This document shows, in pieces, positions 7,954 to 19,113 of a stretch of DNA of 64,000 bases. The stretch lies in NCBI GenBank assembly GCA_027451965.1, contig DAIDHJ010000001.1:251276-315275 (forward strand), written 5' to 3'. Origin of the DNA: Candidatus Adlerbacteria bacterium (GTDB lineage Bacteria; Patescibacteriota; Minisyncoccia; Phycocordibacterales; SBAW01). The stretch's first letter is position 1. The number at the start of each line of letters is the position of its first letter. The notes under the pieces were generated by a model, which was not told the DNA's origin, searched no databases, and was given only the letters and a program-made list of their open reading frames with translations. The translations under genes and the position numbers were made by a program.

Positions 7954-9705
7954 TTAGTACTGTTTGTTTGCATGTGGTGCAAAAATGGGCCACACGTGAT
8001 CGGTCAGGCGATACCATCCTGCTACGCTGAGGAATCGATCACTCGGCATTTCAATGCTGCCAAGTTGTAGCCCTTGCACGTCGTTGGGTACACTATACAC
8101 GAAATCGGGCGTATAGAGAAATAGGGCGGGGATATCGTTCTGCAATTGTGTTTGTAGCTGCTGCTCCAGTTGCAGTTGTATTTGCAGATCACTGGTCTGT
8201 CGCAATTGCGTAAGAATCTTATCCGCAGTCGGATTTGCATACATGGCTATGTTGAGTCCGGGATCATTGCGTTCCGTCGAACTCCAATAGGCGTAGAGAT
8301 CCGGTTCGCGTCCGATGATTTCTCCAAAAAGCAGCGCATCATATGCACGCGGTCGAATCACGTTTTGAGCAAGGTCTCCCTGATTGAACACTTGTACTGA
8401 CACCTGGGCACCTAGCGTACTCCAGGTACTGCTCAAATACTGTGCGGCAGCGCGCAATTCAGGCGTATCTCCTGTTGCCAGTGAGAAGGAGAGCGTTTGT
8501 GTTTTTGCATGTTTTCCAGAACCGCTGGTTTTTTGCAGTATGCCGTTCGGACCCGGTTGCCATCCGTCTTTCGCAAGGAGTGTCTGAGCGGCGGCAAGGG
8601 TAGTCGTGGAGAAGGTACTGGTATCTACATCGCTTGGCAGCGGACCGTTAATCGCCACTCCATATCCTTTCAAGACCTGTGTTATCAAATCTTTTTTGTT
8701 AATGACCATAGAAAGTGCTTCGCGTACCGTTTTGTCTTGGAGTACCGGCGCATGTGCTTGATTGAAAAATACTCCGTAGATGCGGTTGAGTGGTGCGGAT
8801 ACCACGGGCGCATTGCCGATTTTCGAAAGATTTTCAGGAGAAAGCCCTCCGGCAGCATTGATGGCGCCGGTGCGCAGCGCCGCTTCGACCGCGGATTCGC
8901 TTGGATAGAAAGAGAAGGTGATAGAAGAGAGATATGGCCGTCCAAGTGCATAGTAATTGGACGCGCTGAGTGTATATGCCGTTGGTACGCCATCAGCACC
9001 GCGGCTGATGCTGCTCACGGTAAACGGTCCTGAACCGATTGGATTAATGTTGAGAGTGCTGAAAGGAAAATCTTGATCGCTCACATTCGCCCATAGGTGT
9101 TCCGGCAGAATACCCATGGTGAGGTTGTCGATGAACGGTGCGTATGGCTGTTTGAGAGTGAACTGCACGGTTCGCTCGTCTATTTTCTGCACTGTGACAC
9201 CGGCCCAGTTTGCCTGCAATGGACTTTTGAGCGCCGAATCCTGTGTTTTTTGAATAGTGAATATGACATCGTCGGCAGTAACCGGGGTGCCATCGCTGAA
9301 GACATCGTTGGGACGCAGCGTTACGGTATAGGTAAGACCGTCAGGAGAAACGGTGTACGACTGCGCCAGGTCGGGAACATACGTACCGCTTGGTGTGGCG
9401 CGCAGCAATCCTGAGTAAACCAAGGAGGTCAAATCATGATCAGAATCTGAGATGGCGAGCACGGGATTGATAAACCGTGGCGCGCCGATCACTCCTTCTG
9501 TCAGAGAGCTGCCGTATGCAGGAATGGTCACCAAGGTTGCCTGATCGGCAAAGTAGAGCAGAAGTAGAGAACTGAGAATGCATAGTCCTGCAAAGACACC
9601 AAACAGAAAACGGCCGCCGAGCGAAAAGGATCGGAGAGTGTCTTCTACAACACTAGTAAAAAAGAGATGAATCGGCCGATAGACCGTGCGCCAAAGATTA
9701 CGCAT
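7954..9705 (-). CDS. ABC transporter substrate-binding protein, family 5 (OppA/DppA-like), membrane anchored
   Basis: PDLAQSY..SPDG, FSDGTPVTADDV, PIGSGPF; N-terminal TM. Confidence 0.9.
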   Translation of the reverse strand: MRNLWRTVYRPIHLFFTSVVEDTLRSFSLGGRFLFGVFAGLCILSSLLLLYFADQATLVTIPAYGSSLTEGVIGAPRFINPVLAISDSDHDLTSLVYSGLLRATPSGTYVPDLAQSYTVSPDGLTYTVTLRPNDVFSDGTPVTADDVIFTIQKTQDSALKSPLQANWAGVTVQKIDERTVQFTLKQPYAPFIDNLTMGILPEHLWANVSDQDFPFSTLNINPIGSGPFTVSSISRGADGVPTAYTLSASNYYALGRPYLSSITFSFYPSESAVEAALRTGAINAAGGLSPENLSKIGNAPVVSAPLNRIYGVFFNQAHAPVLQDKTVREALSMVINKKDLITQVLKGYGVAINGPLPSDVDTSTFSTTTLAAAQTLLAKDGWQPGPNGILQKTSGSGKHAKTQTLSFSLATGDTPELRAAAQYLSSTWSTLGAQVSVQVFNQGDLAQNVIRPRAYDALLFGEIIGREPDLYAYWSSTERNDPGLNIAMYANPTADKILTQLRQTSDLQIQLQLEQQLQTQLQNDIPALFLYTPDFVYSVPNDVQGLQLGSIEMPSDRFLSVAGWYRLTDHVWPIFAPHANKQY

Positions 9706-9723
9706 GTACAGAGAGTATGAAGG

Positions 9724-9954
9724 TTAGTGGATGATGAGCGCTACGAATGATGACGCAGCGAAGAGTACTCCCACCACGATGGTGGCGTATAGGAGCTGTT
9801 TCTCAAGTCCGCGACGAGTATGGTATGCCGCGCTGAAGTTGTCTCCGCCGAGCGCGCCGCCGAGCGATGCTCCCGTCTGTTGCAGCAGCACGCAGACGAT
9901 GAGTATCACGGCTAGCACTACTTGTATGTACGGGAGTATCCCGCCCAAGGTCAT
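9724..9954 (-). CDS. secG: Preprotein translocase subunit SecG
   Basis: Two TMs; VLLQ..GASLGGALGG..RRGLEK. Confidence 0.92.
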   Translation of the reverse strand: MTLGGILPYIQVVLAVILIVCVLLQQTGASLGGALGGDNFSAAYHTRRGLEKQLLYATIVVGVLFAASSFVALIIH

Positions 9955-9989
9955 TGCCGGTTACTTTAGCATAGGACAGACTCCAGTGC

Positions 9990-10020
9990 AAAAGAGAAAG
10001 GGCGCCTCATCGAGGCGCCC
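9990..10020 (-). terminator. Intrinsic terminator
   Basis: GGGCGCCTC-gat-GAGGCGCCC followed by TTTCTCTTTT on the minus strand. Confidence 0.8.
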
Positions 10021-10089
10021 GAAGGGTGTTGAGCAGGAGACTGTGCAAGACAGGATTCCTGCAAATGCTGTCAGTAGATGAAAAATCGC

Positions 10090-10212
10090 TTATTTGCGGG
10101 TGAGGGACGAATGCTGCACGCGCGTGTCCTTTCCGGCACTGTGCTGCATGGTGTTTTGGTTGCGGTGTTCCTCGCGCACGCTGCTCGTCTGCGGCGTCTT
10201 CTCGGCGTTCAT
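10090..10212 (-). CDS. 40-aa hydrophilic small protein (absent from the ORF track)
   Basis: MNAEKTPQTSSVREEHRNQNTMQHSAGKDTRVQHSSLTRK; GGGAG SD; GC-rich third codon positions; lies between a promoter and a terminator. Confidence 0.6.
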   Translation of the reverse strand: MNAEKTPQTSSVREEHRNQNTMQHSAGKDTRVQHSSLTRK

Positions 10213-10241
10213 CTATTGTTTTGTCTCCCAATGTAAAGAAC

Positions 10242-10318
10242 GAAAAAGCACCCTCGAGTCGTCTGAGCCGAAAAACAGGTTCCTCAGAGAGGAACCATCT
10301 CAAACGATCGAGAATGCT
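10242..10318 (-). ncRNA. Long hairpin leader or sRNA followed by a U-tract
   Basis: Nested stems of 11, 9 and 8 bp whose G-U pairs favour the minus strand; begins at the predicted TSS. Confidence 0.55.
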
Positions 10319-10323
10319 CTGAA

Positions 10324-10352
10324 AAGATACCTTTCTACATTTTTTCTGTCAA
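10324..10352 (-). promoter_or_regulatory. Sigma70-type promoter
   Basis: TTGACA-17 nt-TATCTT; a divergent TGn-TATAGT element follows on the plus strand. Confidence 0.75.
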
Positions 10353-10405
10353 CTTGGTATAGTGCCTCACAGACGTTTCATCTACAGCAGAAGGAGGTTT
10401 GCTCA

Positions 10406-11302
10406 ATGAAGTCCCTACATCCCGATTTATCGGCGGTTTCATCCGCTTCTGCTGCGGAACAGATGCGGCAATGCGGATATCTCGAAGTTCCGATCAATGG
10501 AAAAAATCTGTGCTTTCACAAAAACCGGGCGCTCAGCCAATTCAGTCAACTTATTGCTGACCCGGAGCGCGACAAGTTTATCTATCGAGGAACCGATGAA
10601 GACTACGACATTGGCTTCTATGATCGAAATGGGGAAGCAAAAGAAACACTCACGCCGCAGGAACAGGCTGAACATCGCAATCAGTATGATCGGAAAGAAT
10701 ACTTCCATGCTGATGCGGACACATATCAGCTGCTTAAACGGCAGGGCGCTCCCGTGGAGCGCTACCCCGGACTGTTTCAAGCATGTCGGCAGTTCAACAT
10801 CCAAGCATCCAGTATCGCCAAAGTACTTGCCCAAACGCTGGATCACGGTTCAGACGGAGCCTATCCCGGTTCATTCCGTCAGAAGATTGAAGATCCGCGC
10901 AGCCGGGTGGTAACGCGTATCATGCGGTATAAGCCGCAAGAAGAAGGAGTCTTCATTGCGGCACTGCACCGCGATAAGGCAGCAGTGACTGTGCATTGGT
11001 TTTCGACACACGCGGGACTCGTCTTTTATGATGCACAGGCGCAACCAGTGGTGCTTCAGGACACTGATCCAAACACCGCGCTCGTGTTTCTGGGAAGAAA
11101 GGCGTGGGCGGCGATGCGCGGCACATACGGGAAGGGAAGTGTGCATGGCGCCCACAATGCCGTTGCCTTGCAGGGCAGAGAACATCGGTTTGTTATCGTG
11201 ACGTTCGTACACTGCTTCTTGGACGACGATGACAAAGCATGGGCTTCAGCACATGAAGGAGACATCAAGATTCGTGATGCTGAATTTCCTTCACTCAACT
11301 AA
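10406..11302 (+). CDS. 2OG-Fe(II) oxygenase, isopenicillin N synthase-like
   Basis: DRKEYF, RIMRY, HxD (HRD), distal H (VHGA), R in HRFVIVTF; AAGGAGG SD. Confidence 0.8.
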   Translation: MKSLHPDLSAVSSASAAEQMRQCGYLEVPINGKNLCFHKNRALSQFSQLIADPERDKFIYRGTDEDYDIGFYDRNGEAKETLTPQEQAEHRNQYDRKEYFHADADTYQLLKRQGAPVERYPGLFQACRQFNIQASSIAKVLAQTLDHGSDGAYPGSFRQKIEDPRSRVVTRIMRYKPQEEGVFIAALHRDKAAVTVHWFSTHAGLVFYDAQAQPVVLQDTDPNTALVFLGRKAWAAMRGTYGKGSVHGAHNAVALQGREHRFVIVTFVHCFLDDDDKAWASAHEGDIKIRDAEFPSLN

Positions 11303-11306
11303 TAAT

Positions 11307-11337
11307 AAAAGCCTCTCCGTCATACGGAGAGGCTTTC
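11307..11337. terminator. Bidirectional terminator
   Basis: AAAGCCTCTCCGT-cat-ACGGAGAGGCTTT. Confidence 0.85.
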
Positions 11338-11339
11338 TT

Positions 11340-11603
11340 TTATCGTTGTTTTTGTTTGGGAGAAGTTCTACGGCTGCGCGTAGCGCGTGCTTGCTTGACG
11401 CGGGCAAAATCATCGAGCGCTTCTTGGAATTCAGTGAACGGTTTACCCGTACGCACCAGTTCCTGTTTTGCCCTTTCGCATTGTTCCTCAGTCAATTTGA
11501 TCGATGCTGTTTCTGTTCCTTGATACTGAAACAGTGCTTTTGTAGCGTCACGATCAAGTCCATGGTAGGTCATGGGTTCCGCACCTTTTATCAATCTGCC
11601 CAT
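11340..11603 (-). CDS. Hypothetical protein, 87 aa, basic tail
   Basis: GAAGGAG SD before the ATG at 11603. Confidence 0.65.
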   Translation of the reverse strand: MGRLIKGAEPMTYHGLDRDATKALFQYQGTETASIKLTEEQCERAKQELVRTGKPFTEFQEALDDFARVKQARATRSRRTSPKQKQR

Positions 11604-11735
11604 TGCTTTCTCCTTCAGAAAGAACGTTTCTTCATAATCCAACCATATGTTCTTCAAATAACAAGGTAATGCTTGACTGCGTACGAAAAAAGCTTTATGT
11701 TTCTTTCTCATACGCTCTTTGTTGTAGGAGAAACG

Positions 11736-12146
11736 ATGCAGATTGATCTGGAGAAGCCTCTTATCTATGTCATCCATAACAGTCCGGAGGACAGCATTAT
11801 CGGTCATGTGTCTTCTGTGCCGCAGCGATGCAAGCAGAAAAAGCATTTTCGGCCCTTTCTCGCGCAGTTATGCAGCGAGAAACTGGGCATACCCATTCAT
11901 GACATCCACGTATCATTCCAAGAAGGCGGGGTGTTTGTAGAGCTTCGTGAGCTCTCCAATATTCGCATGCATCAGCTTCGGGATACTATCCATTACAAAG
12001 GACTCAAGGCGGCGCAACAGAATCCGCTTCTCGTGAACGCATCGCACTTTCCGGCATTTGTACTTCAGCTCAGTCGCAATCTCTCTGCCGTTCTCTCCGC
12101 AAAATTCCGCGGTATGGAAACTAATAGCATCATCAAGATCGCATAA
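11736..12146 (+). CDS. Hypothetical protein
   Basis: AGGAG SD; TTGACT upstream; terminator AAAACGGCACC..GGTGCCGTTTT downstream. Confidence 0.65.
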   Translation: MQIDLEKPLIYVIHNSPEDSIIGHVSSVPQRCKQKKHFRPFLAQLCSEKLGIPIHDIHVSFQEGGVFVELRELSNIRMHQLRDTIHYKGLKAAQQNPLLVNASHFPAFVLQLSRNLSAVLSAKFRGMETNSIIKIA

Positions 12147-12216
12147 ACAACAAAACGGCACCTTCTGGTGCCGTTTTACTTTGACTATAAAAAAAGAAAA
12201 AACCGCTTGATGATCG

Positions 12217-12615
12217 TCAAGCGGTATTCATTATTACTCCCAATGCCTTCAACTTGGCGATCGAGTGTTCAGTTTTTTTCAAATAGTTCTGTTTATACGG
12301 CGGACGTATTTTCATTTCTTCCATATCTCTCTTATCCCTCTCGAAGTCCTCATCTGCGTCGTTGATAAGAACTGAAAGGTGACCCGTTTCCTCTTTGATG
12401 GGTTCAAAGTGCTCATCGAAGAATGTCACCGTTTCTCCAAGAGAGATTTTGCTGCATCGATACGGTTCATACCGTACGGCGGCATCGATACGAATTTTAT
12501 GCACTAGCACCCTCACATTTCCAGAAACGGGTGATTGTGTGACCATGATCCGATAAAAGTGCTCCACATCTTCAGCAATATAAAGATGGCCAAAGAATTG
12601 CACACCACTATCCAT
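12217..12615 (-). CDS. Hypothetical protein
   Basis: GAAGGAG SD; TTGACT-17-TATCGT at 12682-12654; hairpin ACCGCTTGA..TCAAGCGGT plus U-tract. Confidence 0.65.
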   Translation of the reverse strand: MDSGVQFFGHLYIAEDVEHFYRIMVTQSPVSGNVRVLVHKIRIDAAVRYEPYRCSKISLGETVTFFDEHFEPIKEETGHLSVLINDADEDFERDKRDMEEMKIRPPYKQNYLKKTEHSIAKLKALGVIMNTA

Positions 12616-12712
12616 CCTCTTTCTCCTTCTTTTCGCCGAATTGTTCTTACAACACGATACAGTAATTTAGTCAATTAGTCAAGAAAACCATTGTAATAAA
12701 AGCTCTTTTTTC

Positions 12713-12742
12713 TTGACAATACCTTGTTTCATTCACTATACT
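12713..12742 (+). promoter_or_regulatory. groESL promoter
   Basis: TTGACA-18 nt-TATACT. Confidence 0.65.
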
Positions 12743-12824
12743 TTCCTCGAATCGTGTGCATTTCCTAGGGTTTTTGTAGCATTGCACAGCAATTATTGAA
12801 TAGTTAATTTGTCACTTTTTCACT

Positions 12825-14823
<1,999 letters not shown>

Positions 14824-14847
14824 GCCATTGTGCTATAGTTACACCCT

Positions 14848-15408
14848 ATGATTGCCCTCTATATAGCGCTCGGAGTTGTCGTCGTTCTGCTCTTGTGGCT
14901 CGCCAGCATGTACAACCACTTTGTGGTTCTGGTACAGCGCACCAAAGAAGCATGGGCGGATATCGACGTGCAGCTCAAGCGCCGCTACGACCTTATTCCT
15001 AATCTCGTCGAAACGGTAAAAGGATACGCCACGCACGAGCGGGAAGTGTTCGAGAACGTTTCGCAAGCGCGTGCTGCGGCTATGGGCGCTTCTGCACCCG
15101 CAGAAAAAGGCGCTGCAGAAAATCAGCTCTCGCAAGCGCTCAAGAGCATCTTTGCGGTTGCGGAAGCGTATCCGGAACTCAAAGCAAATCAGAACTTTCT
15201 AGAGCTTCAGAAGCAACTCGAAGATACGGAAAACAAAATCCAGGCGGCACGCCGTTTCTACAATGGCAATGTGCGCGATCTCAACACCGCGCTGCAAAGT
15301 TTTCCGGGCAATATGATCGCCGGTACGTTCCACTTCACCCAGCAGGAATTCTTCCAGCTTGATCAGGCGGATGCGGCTGCGCGTGAACCGGTGAAAGTAA
15401 GCTTTTAA
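14848..15408 (+). CDS. lemA: LemA family protein
   Basis: QLKRRYDLIPNLVETVKGY, AEAYPELKAN. Confidence 0.96.
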   Translation: MIALYIALGVVVVLLLWLASMYNHFVVLVQRTKEAWADIDVQLKRRYDLIPNLVETVKGYATHEREVFENVSQARAAAMGASAPAEKGAAENQLSQALKSIFAVAEAYPELKANQNFLELQKQLEDTENKIQAARRFYNGNVRDLNTALQSFPGNMIAGTFHFTQQEFFQLDQADAAAREPVKVSF

Positions 15409-15437
15409 ATAGTTTTTCCGTCTGTTCTATTGTCTGT

Positions 15438-16331
15438 ATGGCTACGCTCTATACGCATAAAGATGAAAATGTCGCCAAGACATGGGTGCTCATGGCTGTG
15501 TTTTTGTCTGTGGTCATAGCCATTGGCTGGGCGATATCCTGGTACTACAACAATCCCGTCATTTTGGTGTTTGCAGTTGCGTTTGCGCTTCTCACCAATA
15601 TCTGGAGCTATTGGAATTCTGACAAGGTGGTCATAGCGCTCTCCGGCGCCCGTCCGGCAGACAAGGCGCAGTATGAAGAGTTGCATCAGGTAGTAGAGAA
15701 TCTGGCAATCACCGCGGGCCTTCCCAAACCGAATATCTATATCATCAACGATCCGGCGCCCAACGCCTTTGCGACCGGCCGAGACGCGAAACACTCTGCA
15801 GTCGCAGTGACCAGCGGGTTGCTTTCCATGATGAATCGCAATGAATTGGAAGGAGTGATTGCGCACGAACTCTCGCACGTCGGCAACCGGGATATTCTCA
15901 TTTCCACCATCGCAGTGGTATTGGTCGGATTCGTGTCGCTTGCATCGAACTTTTTCCTGCGCTCCTTGTGGTGGGGAGGGGACGGGGATCGCAATGAAGG
16001 AGGCAATCCGTTGCTGGCGATTCTTGCGATTGCGTTTGTGGTGCTTGCGCCTATCTTTGCCATGCTGCTGCAATTGGCGGTATCGCGCAAGCGTGAGTTT
16101 CTCGCCGATGCGTCCGGAGCGCTGCTTACGCGCTACCCAGAAGGATTGGCGAGCGCGCTGCGTAAGATTGGTGCATATGAACGCCCGATGCAGAAAGCAA
16201 ACACGGCAACCGCGCATTTGTATATTTCCAATCCCTTCGGACCGGGTGCCGCCCGCAGCTTCATCATGCGTTTATTCTCCACACATCCGCCAATTGAAGA
16301 GCGCATCAAAGCTCTTATGGGGAATGACTAG
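15438..16331 (+). CDS. htpX: Zinc metalloprotease HtpX (M48)
   Basis: PNAFATG, HELSH, SRKREFLAD, FSTHPP. Confidence 0.95.
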   Translation: MATLYTHKDENVAKTWVLMAVFLSVVIAIGWAISWYYNNPVILVFAVAFALLTNIWSYWNSDKVVIALSGARPADKAQYEELHQVVENLAITAGLPKPNIYIINDPAPNAFATGRDAKHSAVAVTSGLLSMMNRNELEGVIAHELSHVGNRDILISTIAVVLVGFVSLASNFFLRSLWWGGDGDRNEGGNPLLAILAIAFVVLAPIFAMLLQLAVSRKREFLADASGALLTRYPEGLASALRKIGAYERPMQKANTATAHLYISNPFGPGAARSFIMRLFSTHPPIEERIKALMGND

Positions 16332-16358
16332 CTTTTTTGTGTTATATTCGTTTCGTTA

Positions 16359-16443
16359 GGAGGCGTCGCATAGCGGTCTAGTGCACACGCTTGGAAAGCG
16401 TGCAGGGGGCAACCTCTCGCGAGTTCGAATCTCGCCGCCTCCG
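16359..16443 (+). tRNA. tRNA-Ser(GGA)
   Basis: Cloverleaf; CACGC-TT-GGA-AA-GCGTG; long variable arm; no encoded CCA. Confidence 0.95.
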
Positions 16444-16538
16444 CCCGAAGACTTTTGTATCGGACAGACCTGAGAGCTCTTGTTTTGTTAATCTCTAGAA
16501 AAGTGCCATAATCATGGCGTCTTTCCCTTTCCCAGTAT

Positions 16539-16727
16539 ATGGACAACGATGCATTTAAAAATCCTACAGACGCCGCTTTTGAGGAGTTGGTTCGACTGTT
16601 AGAGATGGACGAGGAATTGAACTCGGTCAAGGAGGCTATTTCTGCCGATATTCGTGCGGAGAATCCCGAATCTCTCGAAAATCTTAAACGGGCTCTTGTG
16701 TCGGATAATGAAAATCACAAACCTTAA
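16539..16727 (+). CDS. Small acidic helical protein overlapping the ATPase start
   Basis: 62 aa, D/E-rich; 20-nt overlap with the ATG at 16708. Confidence 0.6.
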   Translation: MDNDAFKNPTDAAFEELVRLLEMDEELNSVKEAISADIRAENPESLENLKRALVSDNENHKP

Positions 16728-19113
16728 AATCAGCAGCGTTCGAGGGATTCCGCGCTCTTGGCCCGACCTCGCCGTCAACGACAGAGGATTGATTATTTTC
16801 GGACCGAATGGTGTCGGCAAAAGTTCTATTGTTGATTCTTTTGAATATGTTTTGACGCAGAAATCGACTTTGTTCCCCGCAGATCGTCTCGGAGTATCGT
16901 GGGAGACTGCCTCTCCTCATGTGAATGACGGAGATGGGCACATCGTTTTGCAGTTGCGGGAAGGTGGGACTGAATATGAGATAGACACGCAAAACAACAA
17001 TCCCTCTTACTCTGCATCTGTAACTGCATGGCTTGAAGCGGCAGCTAAATCAAATTTCGTGCTTCGACGGCATATGTTGCTCAGATTTATCAGTGAAGCA
17101 CCACGCAATCGATACGAGCTATTAGCCCCGTTTTGCAATCTCGGATCTTTCCAGTCTTTTGAAAGATCCCTTAAGACATGGTCGGACAACTTAGATGCGG
17201 AGCTCGCAGCGGAGACCCAGGCGATGGGTGCCAGAGAACAGCGATTTAGGCAAATCTTCAAAATATCGACGAGCGTCTCGCCGGATGAGAAGAGCTTGCA
17301 TGCTGAGCTCAATGCCACTCTTGCGAAGCTTCAGTTATCATCTTGCGATACCCCAGATGATCTCAAGAATAGACAAAAAGAAATCTCAGACGCATTAGGT
17401 GGCAGCGACCGCGCGGGACGTTTGGCCGCTTTGGGCGGCTTAAAAAACGAGATACAGCGGCTCGGTCGTCTGGAAGACCACACTCCTGCCTTAAGTGCAC
17501 TGAGATCCTCGCTTCAAGAGCTTGAGAAAGAAATGGCTGAGCGAAAGCAGGATGTGCTTGTTGATCTTCTTGCCGAGGGCAAAAGAGCCATCGAGTCAGC
17601 AGGGCTCACGTCTTGCCCTCTATGCGAACAGTCTATCGACCAAACCGCAGTCCTTGCCAGAATTGAGGAGCGAATAAAGTCCGATGAGCACATAACCGCA
17701 TTATTGGAGACAGTTGCCACTCGCCGTCGAGCGTTAATGCGCCCTTTGTCTGATCTTTCAAACGCTGCAGCTTCCGTGAAAAAGAGTTGGGAGACCCAGA
17801 TGACTGACCCTTTCCCGGAAGAATATTCAAAAGCAAACAACCGGATTAAAGATATGCTCGCTCTAGTTGAGGACAAGGAATCTACAAGTGCTCAATTTGA
17901 CGATGCTATCGCGCAATCTGCGGCATTGGTAACCAGCCATGAAAAGATTGCGGAAATGGTGGGACAACTCATTAATGCGGAAGGAGGAGGTGAGCGGCGA
18001 GGATTTTTTCAGGATGCTTCCCTCCAGATCGAAACTTTATTGAGCGAGTGGCCGGTTCAGGTTCTTGCGTTGAAGTCCCAGCAAATCCTCCAAGCGCGTA
18101 AGAAAATTGTGGACCGAGTTTACGCGCACGCTATCGAAGCTCGCAAATCGACTGTCCAAACCACGTTTAATTCTGTTTCTGGTACCGCCAATAAGTTTTA
18201 TGAGGCCATACACCCCAGCGAGAATATCGCCACTTCCAAACTCTCCGTGCGACAGGTAGGCCAGGGGTCGGTAAACCTCACAACCGAATTTTATGGAAGC
18301 GAGGAAAATCCTTTGTTGCATTTCAGTGAATCGCATCTGGATACCCTAGGATTATCTTACTTTCTTGCGCTACGGAAACATGAGTCGCAGAATGATCCAC
18401 TTTTTAAAGTCCTCATACTGGATGATGTTATGCATTCGGTGGACGCGGATCATCGCTCTCGTGTCGCGGGGGTTATCAGAGACGAGTTTAGTGATCATCA
18501 AATAATTATCACTACGCACGACCAACACTTCTATGATGCTCTGCGACGCATTCTGGGCAATGGAGGCTTTAATTTTCAAGCTATTTCGGGGTGGGACATT
18601 ATGCGCGGCCCACTTATCGGTGATCCCTCCACTGATCTCGATCTTGTAACAGACGCAAGCAAGTACACAGATCATCGCGCTGAGGATTTATCCGCAGCGG
18701 GAGGGCGCTTCTTTGAGTGGCTGCTAAAGCAGTTGGACGAGCGCCTCCAAATCTTGGTACCTGCTCGCTTCGAGAAAAGACATGACATAGGAAACCTGTG
18801 GCCACCTCTCTGTTCTAAGCTTAAAGCGCATGTGGGATTTTCTAATGCGCATCCGACTATTGCTACTGACCTTGAGAATTCTACATGGGTCAGAAATGCC
18901 TGCGGTGCGCATGATAATGAAACATCCGCTAATGTAACTCTTGCGGAAGCGCGTGAATTTGTCACCGCGCTGAGTGCACTCTACAGTGCGTCACACTGTG
19001 ATGTGTGCGGAAAGCTAATCAATAAAAAAACAAATGGGGACTGGGAGTGCGAGTGCGGCACTTTGTCATTCAAATTTCGTCCGATTCAGACGTCGATTGT
19101 GATAACCCCCTGA
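16708..19113 (+). CDS. SMC/Rad50-like ABC ATPase with zinc hook and C-terminal HEPN-like plus Zn-ribbon region (RloC-like)
   Basis: Walker A GPNGVGKS, coiled coil with CPLC, signature FSESH, Walker B LILDD, H-loop TTHD, RNACGAH (R-x5-H), CxxC..CxC. Confidence 0.8.
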   Translation: MKITNLKISSVRGIPRSWPDLAVNDRGLIIFGPNGVGKSSIVDSFEYVLTQKSTLFPADRLGVSWETASPHVNDGDGHIVLQLREGGTEYEIDTQNNNPSYSASVTAWLEAAAKSNFVLRRHMLLRFISEAPRNRYELLAPFCNLGSFQSFERSLKTWSDNLDAELAAETQAMGAREQRFRQIFKISTSVSPDEKSLHAELNATLAKLQLSSCDTPDDLKNRQKEISDALGGSDRAGRLAALGGLKNEIQRLGRLEDHTPALSALRSSLQELEKEMAERKQDVLVDLLAEGKRAIESAGLTSCPLCEQSIDQTAVLARIEERIKSDEHITALLETVATRRRALMRPLSDLSNAAASVKKSWETQMTDPFPEEYSKANNRIKDMLALVEDKESTSAQFDDAIAQSAALVTSHEKIAEMVGQLINAEGGGERRGFFQDASLQIETLLSEWPVQVLALKSQQILQARKKIVDRVYAHAIEARKSTVQTTFNSVSGTANKFYEAIHPSENIATSKLSVRQVGQGSVNLTTEFYGSEENPLLHFSESHLDTLGLSYFLALRKHESQNDPLFKVLILDDVMHSVDADHRSRVAGVIRDEFSDHQIIITTHDQHFYDALRRILGNGGFNFQAISGWDIMRGPLIGDPSTDLDLVTDASKYTDHRAEDLSAAGGRFFEWLLKQLDERLQILVPARFEKRHDIGNLWPPLCSKLKAHVGFSNAHPTIATDLENSTWVRNACGAHDNETSANVTLAEAREFVTALSALYSASHCDVCGKLINKKTNGDWECECGTLSFKFRPIQTSIVITP

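Noticed and set aside
10094-10405. Cys-rich N-terminal extension of the oxygenase, and ORF 10007..10303
   Set aside because: A strong SD supports 10406; the region holds the opposite-strand promoter, hairpin and a better-supported sORF
4683-12226. Hairpins between ORFans as integron attC sites
   Set aside because: They are short GC stems with U-tracts, lack RYYYAAC/GTTRRRY ends, genes alternate strand, and there is no integrase
12743-12824. CIRCE operator before groES
   Set aside because: No TTAGCACTC-N9-GAGTGCTAA match
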